Assembly (NCBI GenBank): GCA_016649745.1
Contig: JAENXD010000001.1
Location: 1 to 48,340 of the forward strand
Source: Flavobacteriaceae bacterium
GTDB lineage: Bacteria; Bacteroidota; Bacteroidia; Flavobacteriales; Flavobacteriaceae
DNA: 48,340 nt
Direction of reading: 5' to 3'
The notes under the pieces were generated by a model. The model saw only the letters and a list, made by a program, of their open reading frames with translations. It did no database searches and was not told the DNA's origin. Made by a program: the position numbers and the translations under genes. Below, piece after piece: positions 9,751-19,414 of this stretch (position 1 is the first letter of the stretch; every line of letters begins with the position of its first letter).

Positions 9751-10248
9751 TTAAAATTTTAAAAAACCTTTATCACTTGCCTTGGTAAGATAAAAAGTTT
9801 TATTGAAATTTTTCACTTTTATTTTAACAATATTTTTCTGATCCTCAAATTCTTGGATAAGAATATTATTGGTGACTTCTATAGATTTAAGTTCTTTAAT
9901 GTCATTTATTTCTAAATAGAATCTTACAACATCGCCATCATATTCTTTGCCAATATATTTATATCCCAAATTTTTTCCATTCACAACTATTGATAAATGT
10001 TCGTTTAGGTATTTTTTATAATAAACATCAACATTTTCAATTTCTATTTTACTCGCCAAATTTAATTGTTTCCCGCTGTTTTTATTGAGTGTAAATTCGA
10101 GATCTTCTAGCGTGACTCCCAAAGTAATTTGAAGCGATTGTTGTTCTTTAACGTATTCAATTTCGCACAAACTGACATAATATTTGTGCATTGAAAATGC
10201 CAATAAAGGGAGAGTCACTAAAATTAAAATAAGCTTTTTTAATTGCAT
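9751..10248 (-). CDS. DUF6702-like exported protein
   Basis: Signal peptide followed by HKYYVSLCEI; family typically sits next to flavobacterial M1 peptidases. Confidence 0.7.
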   Translation of the reverse strand: MQLKKLILILVTLPLLAFSMHKYYVSLCEIEYVKEQQSLQITLGVTLEDLEFTLNKNSGKQLNLASKIEIENVDVYYKKYLNEHLSIVVNGKNLGYKYIGKEYDGDVVRFYLEINDIKELKSIEVTNNILIQEFEDQKNIVKIKVKNFNKTFYLTKASDKGFLKF

Positions 10249-10286
10249 AAGAGGTGTAAATAAGAGCTAATAAACAAAAAGTATTT

Positions 10287-10294
10287 CAAAAGTA
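10287..10294 (-). promoter_or_regulatory. -7 promoter element
   Basis: TACTTTTG on the minus strand ~40 nt upstream of ATG 10248. Confidence 0.5.
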
Positions 10295-10301
10295 AGTATA
10301 A

Positions 10302-10510
10302 TACCAATTAAACATTCAAATGTAGTATAAAATTCGTTTCTTTTTAGCTCATTTGTCGTCATAAAATGAAACCGTAGCTTAGGCTATGCTTAAACTTTAT
10401 TTCTACGCTGAACTAAAAATAATTCAAATTTTTAATACAACATTTACCATTCGGCTATACTTCGGCTGCGCTCAGTAAACACGCTCAGGGTGAAAAAAAT
10501 TCAATTGGTA
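10302..10510. mobile_element. MITE-like element, copy 1
   Basis: TACCAATT...AATTGGTA ends, TAA direct repeats on both flanks, long imperfect fold-back; inverted near-copy at 45130-45355. Confidence 0.85.
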
Positions 10511-10530
10511 TAATGTCTGTATAAAAATAA

Positions 10531-11301
10531 TTACTCTTTTGATTGGTTGTACTTTTTACTTTGTTTTATTAAAAAATCTTTAATCAAAAACTCATCACTA
10601 TTGTAAAAGTTGTTTAATCCATTGTCTTCACAATAATATAAAAACAAATAAATCTCTTCTTCTTTGATGTTTAGGTGCACCGTAAAAAAATCTGTATCAA
10701 CATTTTCAAAAATTTGTTCAAGAAAAATTTGTTTTTCTTTTTTAATATGCCGCTCTTCGTCTTTTCTTGCTCTTCTTTTTTGAAATATTTTATTGGTTAG
10801 TAATTTACTGATTTCAGCAAAATTAACTCCAGAATTACCGTATGTTGGGTCTGTAAATTTTCTGGAATTTGGTGCTTTTTTTAAGTTAAGGTCATCATTA
10901 TCAAAAACAGCCCCTTTTGGTAAAGAAAGTTTTCCCCAGTTCGGTCGCATTTTTTGTCCAATTTCAACTTCATCTAACTCATTTATGCCCTGCTCAAGAT
11001 AAACTGTAAGAATTTTATTTTCAACATGGCTTTTTGAAATTTTAATAATACGTTGCTTATAAGCTATTGAAGAAAACAGAATAGAGTCTCCAATGGATGC
11101 GTAAATTGTATAATTACCGTTTTTATCGCTTGAAGTTCCTAAATTTGAGGTTAAATTTACGATGTTAATGTCCTGTAAAAATATTGAGTCACTTTTAACA
11201 GTACCTTCCAGTTTAACGATATTTTTTTGCGCTAATGAATTCGAAAAAACAAATACTAAAAAAGTTATCGTTACAAAAATATTTTTACTCTTTAATTTCA
11301 T
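10531..11301 (-). CDS. Carboxypeptidase-regulatory-like (CarbopepD_reg_2) domain exported protein
   Basis: Signal peptide, GTSSDKNGNYTI..GDSILFSSIAY, NELDEVEI; ATG 11301 preferred over GTG 11313. Confidence 0.75.
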   Translation of the reverse strand: MKLKSKNIFVTITFLVFVFSNSLAQKNIVKLEGTVKSDSIFLQDINIVNLTSNLGTSSDKNGNYTIYASIGDSILFSSIAYKQRIIKISKSHVENKILTVYLEQGINELDEVEIGQKMRPNWGKLSLPKGAVFDNDDLNLKKAPNSRKFTDPTYGNSGVNFAEISKLLTNKIFQKRRARKDEERHIKKEKQIFLEQIFENVDTDFFTVHLNIKEEEIYLFLYYCEDNGLNNFYNSDEFLIKDFLIKQSKKYNQSKE

Positions 11302-12052
11302 GATAATTTTCACTTTCTTCCCTCAAAATTTGAATCACCTGCAATAAATTATTCTTGTAATATTCTGCAACGATATTTCTAAATTCACAGTACGCCAAAA
11401 AGTTATCTATTTTTTCTTCGGGAATTTTTAGCTTGTCTGTAAAATAAGCAAGACCTAATTGTTTTCTTATTTTTATGGGAAATTGTTTTTTACGGGAAAT
11501 TTCACGTTTTAACCTTTGCTCAGCTTCGTAACGTGCATCAGAAAGCGGAACACCTCCTGAAATGGGAGGAAAGAAGCCAACATATGGAGCCCTTTCGGAT
11601 CCGTGCTGATCAGGAGGTAATATTTTATTTAAATCACTTAATTGAAACCTGAAGTTATGTTTAAGTAATGTGTCATTTGGCACCTTATTGATGTCATAAT
11701 TTAAATTTCCTGTTAAACCTTCTATAAAAATTTCATCCAGTTCATTTACCGATGGAATTAATTCAACCAAAATTCTTTTATGTTTAATGAAATTCCCGGT
11801 CATTTTAATTTTTTTTCTTTCATATTCAATAGAGGAAAACAGCAAAGTGTCATTTAAAGAAACCATAAGCTCAAATTCGCCACTATCATTGCTCACGGTT
11901 CCTATTTTGGAATTAAGGTTAACAATATGCACATTTCCAACTGAATTGTTGGAACTGATTATTTTTCCTGAAATAAGTGCGTATTTCTCTTGTGAAAAGC
12001 AGTTCGTCCAAAAAAAAATGAGCATTAATAAGCAATTTATTTTTCTTTTCAT
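11285..12052 (-). CDS. Carboxypeptidase-regulatory-like domain exported protein (paralog)
   Basis: GTVSNDSGEFEL..DTLLFSSIEY, NELDEIFI. Confidence 0.75.
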   Translation of the reverse strand: MKRKINCLLMLIFFWTNCFSQEKYALISGKIISSNNSVGNVHIVNLNSKIGTVSNDSGEFELMVSLNDTLLFSSIEYERKKIKMTGNFIKHKRILVELIPSVNELDEIFIEGLTGNLNYDINKVPNDTLLKHNFRFQLSDLNKILPPDQHGSERAPYVGFFPPISGGVPLSDARYEAEQRLKREISRKKQFPIKIRKQLGLAYFTDKLKIPEEKIDNFLAYCEFRNIVAEYYKNNLLQVIQILREESENYHEIKE

Positions 12053-12127
12053 TAAATCAAAGTTCGTTAAAGAAAATTTATAAAAATTGCTGGAAATAAT
12101 AAACTTTTGTTAAGATTCAAAATTAAG

Positions 12128-12135
12128 TACATTTG
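12128..12135 (+). promoter_or_regulatory. -7 promoter element for pepE
   Basis: TACATTTG with TTG at 12107-12109. Confidence 0.6.
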
Positions 12136-12151
12136 GTAAAACTTTGTTGAA

Positions 12152-12247
12152 ATGAAACGAGCATCACAAATTTTGACACACAAAGAAATGGTTAATGGCG
12201 AACCTGCCTGCGGCAGGCAGGCAGCAGCTGTTACAACTAAAAAATAA
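12152..12247 (+). CDS. Possible 31-aa upstream ORF (MKRASQILTHKEMVNGEPACGRQAAAVTTKK)
   Basis: ATG 16 nt after the -7 element, stop 11 nt before pepE; no homology evidence. Confidence 0.25.
   Translation: MKRASQILTHKEMVNGEPACGRQAAAVTTKK
12203..12221. repeat. CCTGCC-type short palindromic repeat
   Basis: CCTGCCTGCGGCAGGCAGG; relatives at 7303-7319 and 45245-45263. Confidence 0.75.
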
Positions 12248-12258
12248 AATTTAAACAG

Positions 12259-12966
12259 ATGAAAAAATTATTGATAGCAAGCAGTTCATCGGTACACGGA
12301 AAAGGATATTTAGAATATATTTTACCTGAATTGGCTGAATTTTTTAAAGGCGTTGGTGAAATTTTGTTTATTCCCTATGCCCGACCGGGAGGAATTACCC
12401 ATGACGCATATACCGAATCGGTAAAAAAGGGTTTTGATAAAATTAATATTCGTATAAAGGGAATCCACGAATTCAGCAATCTGATTGATGCTGTTAATCA
12501 GGCGAAAGGTATTTTTATAGGTGGTGGAAATACTTTTTTATTGGTAAAGCAATTGTACGATTTGAAATTAATTTCAACAATTAAAAATGTGGTTGAAAAT
12601 GGAACGCCGTACTTTGGAACGAGCGCAGGAAGCAATATTTGCGGATTAACGATGCAAAATACCAATGATATGCCCATTATTTACCCGCCGAGTTTTGATA
12701 CGTTAGGGTTTGTTGATTTCAATTTAAATTGTCATTATTTAGATCCTGATCCAAATTCAACTCATATGGGCGAGACAAGAGAAACGCGCATAAATGAATA
12801 CCATACCTTAAATAAAACTGCGGTTTTGGGACTTCGGGAGGGAAGTTGGTTGCAGGTGAAAGAAGGTCATATCATTTTAAAAGGAACCTTGAATGCACGT
12901 TTGTTTCAGCAAAATAAAACGGCGTTTGAGTTGTCGCCAGAGACTGATTTAAGTTTTTTAACGTAG
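12259..12966 (+). CDS. pepE: Dipeptidase E (peptidase S51)
   Basis: GGGNTF, GTSAGSN, TNDMPI and HMGETRETRI motifs. Confidence 0.93.
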   Translation: MKKLLIASSSSVHGKGYLEYILPELAEFFKGVGEILFIPYARPGGITHDAYTESVKKGFDKINIRIKGIHEFSNLIDAVNQAKGIFIGGGNTFLLVKQLYDLKLISTIKNVVENGTPYFGTSAGSNICGLTMQNTNDMPIIYPPSFDTLGFVDFNLNCHYLDPDPNSTHMGETRETRINEYHTLNKTAVLGLREGSWLQVKEGHIILKGTLNARLFQQNKTAFELSPETDLSFLT

Positions 12967-13668
12967 GTTGAAAGCCGCCGTAATCATTTGGGCATCTGGC
13001 GATTTTTTTACGGCTTCGGAAAGTTGGTTGTAGGCATTGCTAATTCTAACCGTATCAATACTCGACGTTTTCAATTGATCACTTAAAATCATTGCGGCAA
13101 CATAAGAATCGCTATTGTTTTTAACAAAATTAAAACTGAAATCGGTGAATTCCGTTTCAATTTTTTTTAATTCATTTCCTATTTCATTTAGTTTTTTCAC
13201 ATCATTTTCAAGACGAGCCTTTTGAAATTTGGGAAATAAATAATCTATTTTTTTAAATATATTTTTTGAAGCCAATTTGTACTCCTCCAGTTTGGCATTT
13301 AATTCAGAACCTTTTATAACTGGTTCATTGGGTTGGCTGGGATCCAACAATATTTCAAAATTTGCATTCTCAATAATCAAGATAATCTCTGCCGACGAAT
13401 TTTCAAAAGATAAAGCAAAACGCTCTGGATAGTTAACCTTGCCAGTAAAAACAAAGTTGTTATTTTTAATGATGGCTGAATCAATTGGTTGAATTTCATT
13501 TTCAACTATTTTACTCAAATAAACCTTGTCAGATAAAAAAGTTTTCACAGATCCATTTAAAACAAAACCCTTGTTTTTAGAATCAGTTTCTTTTTTTAAT
13601 TGACTCACTGGACTGTTGCAGCTAAAAATGATAAAGCTGTATAAGCAAGCGAATAGTATCTTTTTCAA
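12958..13668 (-). CDS. DUF4369-domain lipoprotein without a thioredoxin domain
   Basis: Lipobox IFSC; GSV..KVYL..IDSAII.NNNFVFTG pattern; no CxxC. Confidence 0.65.
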   Translation of the reverse strand: MKKILFACLYSFIIFSCNSPVSQLKKETDSKNKGFVLNGSVKTFLSDKVYLSKIVENEIQPIDSAIIKNNNFVFTGKVNYPERFALSFENSSAEIILIIENANFEILLDPSQPNEPVIKGSELNAKLEEYKLASKNIFKKIDYLFPKFQKARLENDVKKLNEIGNELKKIETEFTDFSFNFVKNNSDSYVAAMILSDQLKTSSIDTVRISNAYNQLSEAVKKSPDAQMITAAFNLR

Positions 13669-13686
13669 TGCAATTTCAGTTTAAAT

Positions 13687-14829
13687 TTAATAATTTACAT
13701 ACTCAACAATCTCAAGTCCGTAACCTGTCATTCCAATACGTTTTTTAACAGCTGGAGCATTTGATAAAACACGTAATTTACTAATTTCTAAATCGTGTAA
13801 AATTTGGGCACCTATTCCAAAATCTTTATCATCCGGTTGAATTTGAGGCACCTTGTGCTCCACATTTTTTTGAGCTTCCCTTACCAAAGACAAACGATTT
13901 ATGAGATCAAAGGATTGGTTTTCCTGACTGATAAATACAGCAGCCCCTTTTCCTTCATCATTAATCATTTTAAAGATTTTGGAAAATTTATCATCGGGTT
14001 TGGCAGTTAAAAGCCGAAGAATGTCATTATTGATTAAGGATGAATTTACACGCACCAATATTGGTTCATCCGGTTCCCAAGAACCTTTGGTTAAAGCAAT
14101 ATGAACCTGATTGTTTGTTGTTTGTTTATACGCTTTTAATTGAAATTCACCAAAACGTGTTTGAAGCGTGAAATTTTCAATTTTATAGATTAATGAATCA
14201 TATTTCATTCGGTAAGCAACCAAATCTTCAATTGAAATAATTTTCAATTTAAACTTTTTGGCAACTTCCATTAATTGCGGCAAGCGCGCCATTGTTCCAT
14301 CTTCATTCAAAATTTCCACTAAAATTCCTGCCGGCTGAAAGCCTGCCAAGCGAGCTAAATCAATAGTTGCTTCTGTATGTCCAGTTCTTCGTAAAACACC
14401 ACCTTCTTTAGCCCTTAACGGAAAAATATGTCCAGGACGCCCAAAATCTTCTGGTTTTGATTCTTTTGAAGTTAATGCTTTTATTGTTTTTGCCCTGTCA
14501 TGTACAGAAATTCCAGTAGAGCAACCACTTCCAAGTAAATCAATTGAAACCGTGAATTGTGTATTGTGCAACACCGTATTTTTGTTTACCATTAAAGGCA
14601 ACCCTAACTCTTCGGCACGACCTTCGGTTAAGGGAGCGCAAATTAATCCTCTACCATGTTGCGCCATAAAATTAATCATTTCAGGGGTGACGCATTCAGC
14701 AGCGGCAATAAAATCACCTTCATTTTCCCTGTCCTTATCATCAACAACAATAATCATTTTACCGTTTTTGATGTCTTCTATAGCTTCTTGTATGGTGTTA
14801 ACTTTAATGGTACTTGTTGAAGTTTTCAT
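13687..14829 (-). CDS. ribB: DHBP synthase fused to a degenerate GTP cyclohydrolase II domain (RibBX)
   Basis: VDDKDRENEGD, RPGHIFPL, RTGHTEA; C-terminal domain lacks the Zn-binding cysteines. Confidence 0.92.
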   Translation of the reverse strand: MKTSTSTIKVNTIQEAIEDIKNGKMIIVVDDKDRENEGDFIAAAECVTPEMINFMAQHGRGLICAPLTEGRAEELGLPLMVNKNTVLHNTQFTVSIDLLGSGCSTGISVHDRAKTIKALTSKESKPEDFGRPGHIFPLRAKEGGVLRRTGHTEATIDLARLAGFQPAGILVEILNEDGTMARLPQLMEVAKKFKLKIISIEDLVAYRMKYDSLIYKIENFTLQTRFGEFQLKAYKQTTNNQVHIALTKGSWEPDEPILVRVNSSLINNDILRLLTAKPDDKFSKIFKMINDEGKGAAVFISQENQSFDLINRLSLVREAQKNVEHKVPQIQPDDKDFGIGAQILHDLEISKLRVLSNAPAVKKRIGMTGYGLEIVEYVNY

Positions 14830-16277
14830 TATTTAATTGAAATTTTTTCTGTTAATTTATTGAATATTTTTTGAGCTTTGTTAAAAAGGACATCAATATT
14901 AAAAATACCCATTCCTTTTGTTGCTCTTCGTGTGAGTAAAATCCCAAACGGTAAAAGTATTATCGTGGAAAGCCAGCTTCCCAAGAGCGCTGAAATGGCA
15001 CTTTCTTCGGATAAGTTTCTGCCAAGTTGTGATATGAAAAAGTAAATGACAAATATAGTAATTGCCATAATCAGAGGCAATCCAAATCCGCCTTTTCTAA
15101 TGATAGATCCCAAGGGTGCACCTATAAAAAACAAAACCAAACAAGCGAAAGAAAAGGAAATTCTGTAACTAAATTCGAAATCGTAAAGGTTAAGAATCTT
15201 TCTTTGGTCTTTAAACGATTTTATCTGATATTTATTCCGGTCAATGGTTCTGTTAATCAGTTGAATGGCTTGATTTAGTACCGTACTTTTGTTATTCAGA
15301 TTGAAATTGTCCAGTATTTCTGGTTTTAATTTTCTGCTGACAATGGAATCAGGGTATTTGTATAATTTTTTGGCATGGATGGCATCGTAAAAAATATTGG
15401 ACCTATTTTCGATATAGGTATCATATTCAATCTTATTTTTTTTCGAAATGGAATCCAGTTGAACAATGCTTAACATGCCATGGTGTTCCTTCACTATTTC
15501 ATCGTTCATGGAATTGTTATCACTAAAAGAAGAAATATCAATATTTATGGTATAGGTTTTAAAGGAGGCTTTGGAAGCCGGCATTTTCGCCCTGTCATTT
15601 GGCGTCATCCTACTAGTAAGATGCTCTTCATAGTAATTTCCGTTTTCAAGGGTAAGCGTCATATATTTACTTCCTTCTTCGGTAGAAATAGTGCCTTTTT
15701 CGGCAGTAATCACTTTTATTTTTCCCTTCCCGGCATTTAAATCAGCTATCTGAACATTTTTTAATAAGTTATCTTCTTTACCATATTTTTCGTCAAATTT
15801 TATGCTGAAACCAGGAATTTCGGTATTAAATGCTCCCGGTACAAGTGCCAAAGCCGGCTTTTTCTTTTTCATGTTCAAATACAGATTTTTCTGTTTTAAT
15901 GTTGCCCACGGATAAATATTGTTTAGAAATATGAAATTAAGTCCACTTAATAAAATTACTAAAATAATTAGCGGACGAATAACTCTTTTTAAAGAAATAC
16001 CTGCGGATTTAATTGCGGCAAATTCATAATTTTCGGCCAAAGTGCCCAAAGCCATGATGGAAGACAATAAAATACCGATGGGTAAGGCAGTAGGGGTAAG
16101 GATAAGTGCCAAATATCCCAAAAATTTTAAAATAAAAAATACATCGATCCCTTTCCCTGCAATTTCATCAAATGCAAGCCATAAAGCCTGCATAACCAAA
16201 ACAAAAAGAACCACAAAAAATGTAGCTAAAAAAGGTTGTAAAAAGCTTTTTAAAATGTATTTGTCAAATATTTTCAA
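14829..16277 (-). CDS. LptF/LptG-family LPS export permease
   Basis: DKYILKSF start, ENYEFAAIKSAGISL, GAPLGSIIRKGG; 3+3 TM layout. Confidence 0.88.
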   Translation of the reverse strand: MKIFDKYILKSFLQPFLATFFVVLFVLVMQALWLAFDEIAGKGIDVFFILKFLGYLALILTPTALPIGILLSSIMALGTLAENYEFAAIKSAGISLKRVIRPLIILVILLSGLNFIFLNNIYPWATLKQKNLYLNMKKKKPALALVPGAFNTEIPGFSIKFDEKYGKEDNLLKNVQIADLNAGKGKIKVITAEKGTISTEEGSKYMTLTLENGNYYEEHLTSRMTPNDRAKMPASKASFKTYTINIDISSFSDNNSMNDEIVKEHHGMLSIVQLDSISKKNKIEYDTYIENRSNIFYDAIHAKKLYKYPDSIVSRKLKPEILDNFNLNNKSTVLNQAIQLINRTIDRNKYQIKSFKDQRKILNLYDFEFSYRISFSFACLVLFFIGAPLGSIIRKGGFGLPLIMAITIFVIYFFISQLGRNLSEESAISALLGSWLSTIILLPFGILLTRRATKGMGIFNIDVLFNKAQKIFNKLTEKISIK

Positions 16278-16282
16278 CGCTA

Positions 16283-16936
16283 TTATTTTGGTTCAGAAAT
16301 AGTGTATTTCTTTTGATCTCTGTATTTTGCTCTGTCAAAGATAAAAAGGTTTTCCGATATAGGTTGATTTGTTTTGAAAGTTCTTATATTTAATGTAGTA
16401 GTTGTTCCGTTTTTGCCAATTTCAATAATATCGAAAATATGTTTTGTGTTTGCATCAATGCCAACCAAAACATTTTTAATTTCAGAGTTGCTGTCAATTG
16501 GCGTTAACTTCACATACTGTATTTTAACACCTTTAATTGTTTTTAAGGCATCCATTTTGAAGGTATATCCGGTTTTATAAAAGGAAAACATTTTAGAAGG
16601 AGTAAGGGTTTCTTCCTTTTTTTTAGATGGATTTTGAATGATGACTTCTTCATCTTCGTGAATAATCAGATAGACTTTTTTTCCATCAAAAATTTGCTCT
16701 GTTCCCATATAATTTAGGTTGTACAAATCACCTTTTAAAGTAACGGTACCTCTTGTTTCCTGGTGTACATCAGCTTCTTGGTTGTCGAATTTATGATTAA
16801 ATTCAATATAAATATTTTTATAACCTCCAATTTTTTGGGCAACTTCATCCAATAAAGCCTTTGCTTTAGCAGATTCCTGTCCAAAAGAGGTAATACTGAT
16901 TAATAAAAATGCTGTTAAAAATACTATTTTTTTCAT
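16283..16936 (-). CDS. lolA: LolA-family outer-membrane lipoprotein carrier
   Basis: Signal peptide, FDGKKVY motif, located downstream of ftsK. Confidence 0.75.
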   Translation of the reverse strand: MKKIVFLTAFLLISITSFGQESAKAKALLDEVAQKIGGYKNIYIEFNHKFDNQEADVHQETRGTVTLKGDLYNLNYMGTEQIFDGKKVYLIIHEDEEVIIQNPSKKKEETLTPSKMFSFYKTGYTFKMDALKTIKGVKIQYVKLTPIDSNSEIKNVLVGIDANTKHIFDIIEIGKNGTTTTLNIRTFKTNQPISENLFIFDRAKYRDQKKYTISEPK

Positions 16937-16968
16937 TCGATTATAATGTGCTAATGAAGATTATATTA

Positions 16969-19365
16969 TTAATTGTCTGATTCGAAATCCAATAATTTGT
17001 TCAGTGCCATTTCATCCGGAATCAATACTTGCCGCGCTTTGCTGCCTTCAAAGGGGCCAACTATTCCAGCTGCTTCAAGTTGATCAATTAACCTACCGGC
17101 CCTGTTGTACCCTAATTTTAGTTTTCGTTGCAACAATGAGGCCGAACCTTGTTGTGCATGAATGATTACCAATGCTGCATCCCTGAATAGATTGTCTCTT
17201 TCGCTGATATCTATATCAAGGTTTGTGCCAACTTCATCCCCACTATATTCAGGTAACATGTAGGCATCTGCATAGGCGCGCTGCGAACCAATAAATTCTG
17301 TTATTTTTTCAATTTCCGGTGTATCAACAAAGGCACATTGCAATCGTATTAAATTATTTCCATCTGCATAAAGCATATCTCCTTTTCCAATTAACTGATC
17401 GGCTCCTGAACTGTCTAAAATGGTTCTGGAATCTATTTTTGAAGTTACTCTAAAAGCCGCTCTTGCAGGGAAATTCGCTTTAATTATCCCAGTAATAACG
17501 TTAACCGAAGGGCGTTGCGTGGCAACAATTAAATGAATTCCAATGGCTCGGGCCAATTGTGCCAAACGCGCTATTGGTGTTTCAATTTCTTTACCGGCGG
17601 TCATAATTAAATCGGCAAATTCATCGATAATTAAAACAATATAAGGCAAATATTTATGTCCGTCATTCGGATTTAACTTACGCAGTTTAAATTTAGCATT
17701 GTATTCTTTAATGTTACGAACCATCGCCAGTTTCAATAAATCATAGCGCATATCCATTTCTATACATAAAGAATTAAGCGTGTTAATTACTTTTGTGGTA
17801 TCGGTGATAATAGCATCATCGGTATCGGGCAATTTCGCCAAATAATGTCGCTCAATTTTATTAAACAGGGTAAGTTCCACTTTTTTTGGATCAACCAACA
17901 CAAATTTTACTTCAGCTGGATGTTTTTTGTATAACAACGAGGTTAAAACGGCATTTAGACCAACCGATTTTCCTTGGCCTGTGGCTCCTGCCATTAATAA
18001 ATGCGGCAATTTTGCCAGGTCAATAACAAGTGTTTCGTTTGAAATGGTCTTTCCCAATGCTATGGGTAATTCCATTTCCGAATTTTGAAATTTAGTTGAA
18101 GAAATCACCGATTTCATGGAGACCATGGTCGCTTTTTTATTGGGAACTTCAATTCCAATTGTTCCTTTACCCGGAATAGGGGCAATAATTCTAATTCCCA
18201 GGGCCGAAAGCGATAAGGCAATATCATCTTCTAAATTTTTAATTTTTGAAATTCGAATACCGGCTTCGGGCACAATTTCATATAAAGTAACTGTTGGACC
18301 AACGGTCGCTTTTATGCGATCTATACCAATTTTATAATTGTTTAACGTTTCAACAATTCTATTTTTGTTGGCTTCTAATTCTTCTTGATCTACCGAGATG
18401 CTCTCATTATAATCTCTCAGTAAATTTAAAGTTGGAAATTTATAATTGCCCAACTCCAATGTGGGATCAAACTCACCAAAATCTTTTACCAATTTATCGG
18501 ATAGGTTTTCATCTACACGATTTTCTTCCACGATTTTTTCAACGGCGATAGCAACATCTACTTCTGATTTCAGATTTGCTTTAAAATCTGAATTGTTTTC
18601 AAGATCAGATTCTTCCTCCGAATAATTTCCCGGAATGGTTGAGATAGGTTTTAAATTTTCGAGCGATAATTCAAGAGGTGATTTGAAGTCTTCATTCTTT
18701 TCGTCTTCTTTATTTAAATTGTTTTGGTCAACATTTACGATTGGTTCAACTTCAATTTGAGTTGCATCTTTAACTTTAATGAAGCTGCTTTTAACCAATT
18801 CAGGTGTAAGTTTAAATCGAATAACCAAATAAGAAACCAATAAAAACAAAAGCGACAAAAACAATCCAGTTTTGCCTAAAAACTGTTGAAGGTAATTGTT
18901 CAATTCAAAACCTACAACACCTGCTAGAATGGAATTATTCGGCAATAAAAAACCTAAAGTGATTGAAAGCCATAGTATTCCCAAAATTCCCCAACCCCAA
19001 AATTTTCTTATTCGTTTTAAACCGCCTTTAAAAAAGATCAATAAACCGGTAAAAAATAAAAGTACAGGTAAGTAAACAGCGGCAATACCAAATCCATCAT
19101 AAATGAAAAAGTGGCTTATACTTGCGCCAATTTTCCCCAATAGATTTTGTACGGTAATATTTTTGTCAGAAAAATTTGAAAGCTGGCTTTGATCTTCTTG
19201 CCAATTTAATAAGTAAGAAACGAAAGAAGTCGCCAAAAACATGGCAAAAAGCATCAAAAACAATCCTAAAATCGTTTGGGTTTGTCTATTCTCAAAAAAT
19301 GATTTTATTCCTTGAAAACGAGGCTTTCTGGGAGTTTTAACTGTTGTTTTACTATTTTTGGCCAT
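16969..19365 (-). CDS. ftsK: DNA translocase FtsK
   Basis: 4TM N-terminus, AGATGQGKS Walker A, IIDEFADL, ATQRPS, gamma domain LQRKLKLGYNRAGR. Confidence 0.97.
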   Translation of the reverse strand: MAKNSKTTVKTPRKPRFQGIKSFFENRQTQTILGLFLMLFAMFLATSFVSYLLNWQEDQSQLSNFSDKNITVQNLLGKIGASISHFFIYDGFGIAAVYLPVLLFFTGLLIFFKGGLKRIRKFWGWGILGILWLSITLGFLLPNNSILAGVVGFELNNYLQQFLGKTGLFLSLLFLLVSYLVIRFKLTPELVKSSFIKVKDATQIEVEPIVNVDQNNLNKEDEKNEDFKSPLELSLENLKPISTIPGNYSEEESDLENNSDFKANLKSEVDVAIAVEKIVEENRVDENLSDKLVKDFGEFDPTLELGNYKFPTLNLLRDYNESISVDQEELEANKNRIVETLNNYKIGIDRIKATVGPTVTLYEIVPEAGIRISKIKNLEDDIALSLSALGIRIIAPIPGKGTIGIEVPNKKATMVSMKSVISSTKFQNSEMELPIALGKTISNETLVIDLAKLPHLLMAGATGQGKSVGLNAVLTSLLYKKHPAEVKFVLVDPKKVELTLFNKIERHYLAKLPDTDDAIITDTTKVINTLNSLCIEMDMRYDLLKLAMVRNIKEYNAKFKLRKLNPNDGHKYLPYIVLIIDEFADLIMTAGKEIETPIARLAQLARAIGIHLIVATQRPSVNVITGIIKANFPARAAFRVTSKIDSRTILDSSGADQLIGKGDMLYADGNNLIRLQCAFVDTPEIEKITEFIGSQRAYADAYMLPEYSGDEVGTNLDIDISERDNLFRDAALVIIHAQQGSASLLQRKLKLGYNRAGRLIDQLEAAGIVGPFEGSKARQVLIPDEMALNKLLDFESDN

Positions 19366-19381
19366 TCACTTAATTATCTCA

Positions 19382-19389
19382 CAAAAATA
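19382..19389 (-). promoter_or_regulatory. -7 promoter element for ftsK
   Basis: TATTTTTG on the minus strand 16 nt before the ATG. Confidence 0.6.
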
Positions 19390-19414
19390 TAAAATTAATA
19401 TGACTGAGGTTAAA

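Noticed and set aside
10302-10510. Integron attC site
   Set aside because: No RYYYAAC..GTTRRRY boundaries recognised, no cassette array or integrase, and flanking 3-bp repeats fit a MITE better.
14829-14900. FMN riboswitch before ribB
   Set aside because: ribB overlaps the upstream permease stop, leaving no leader.
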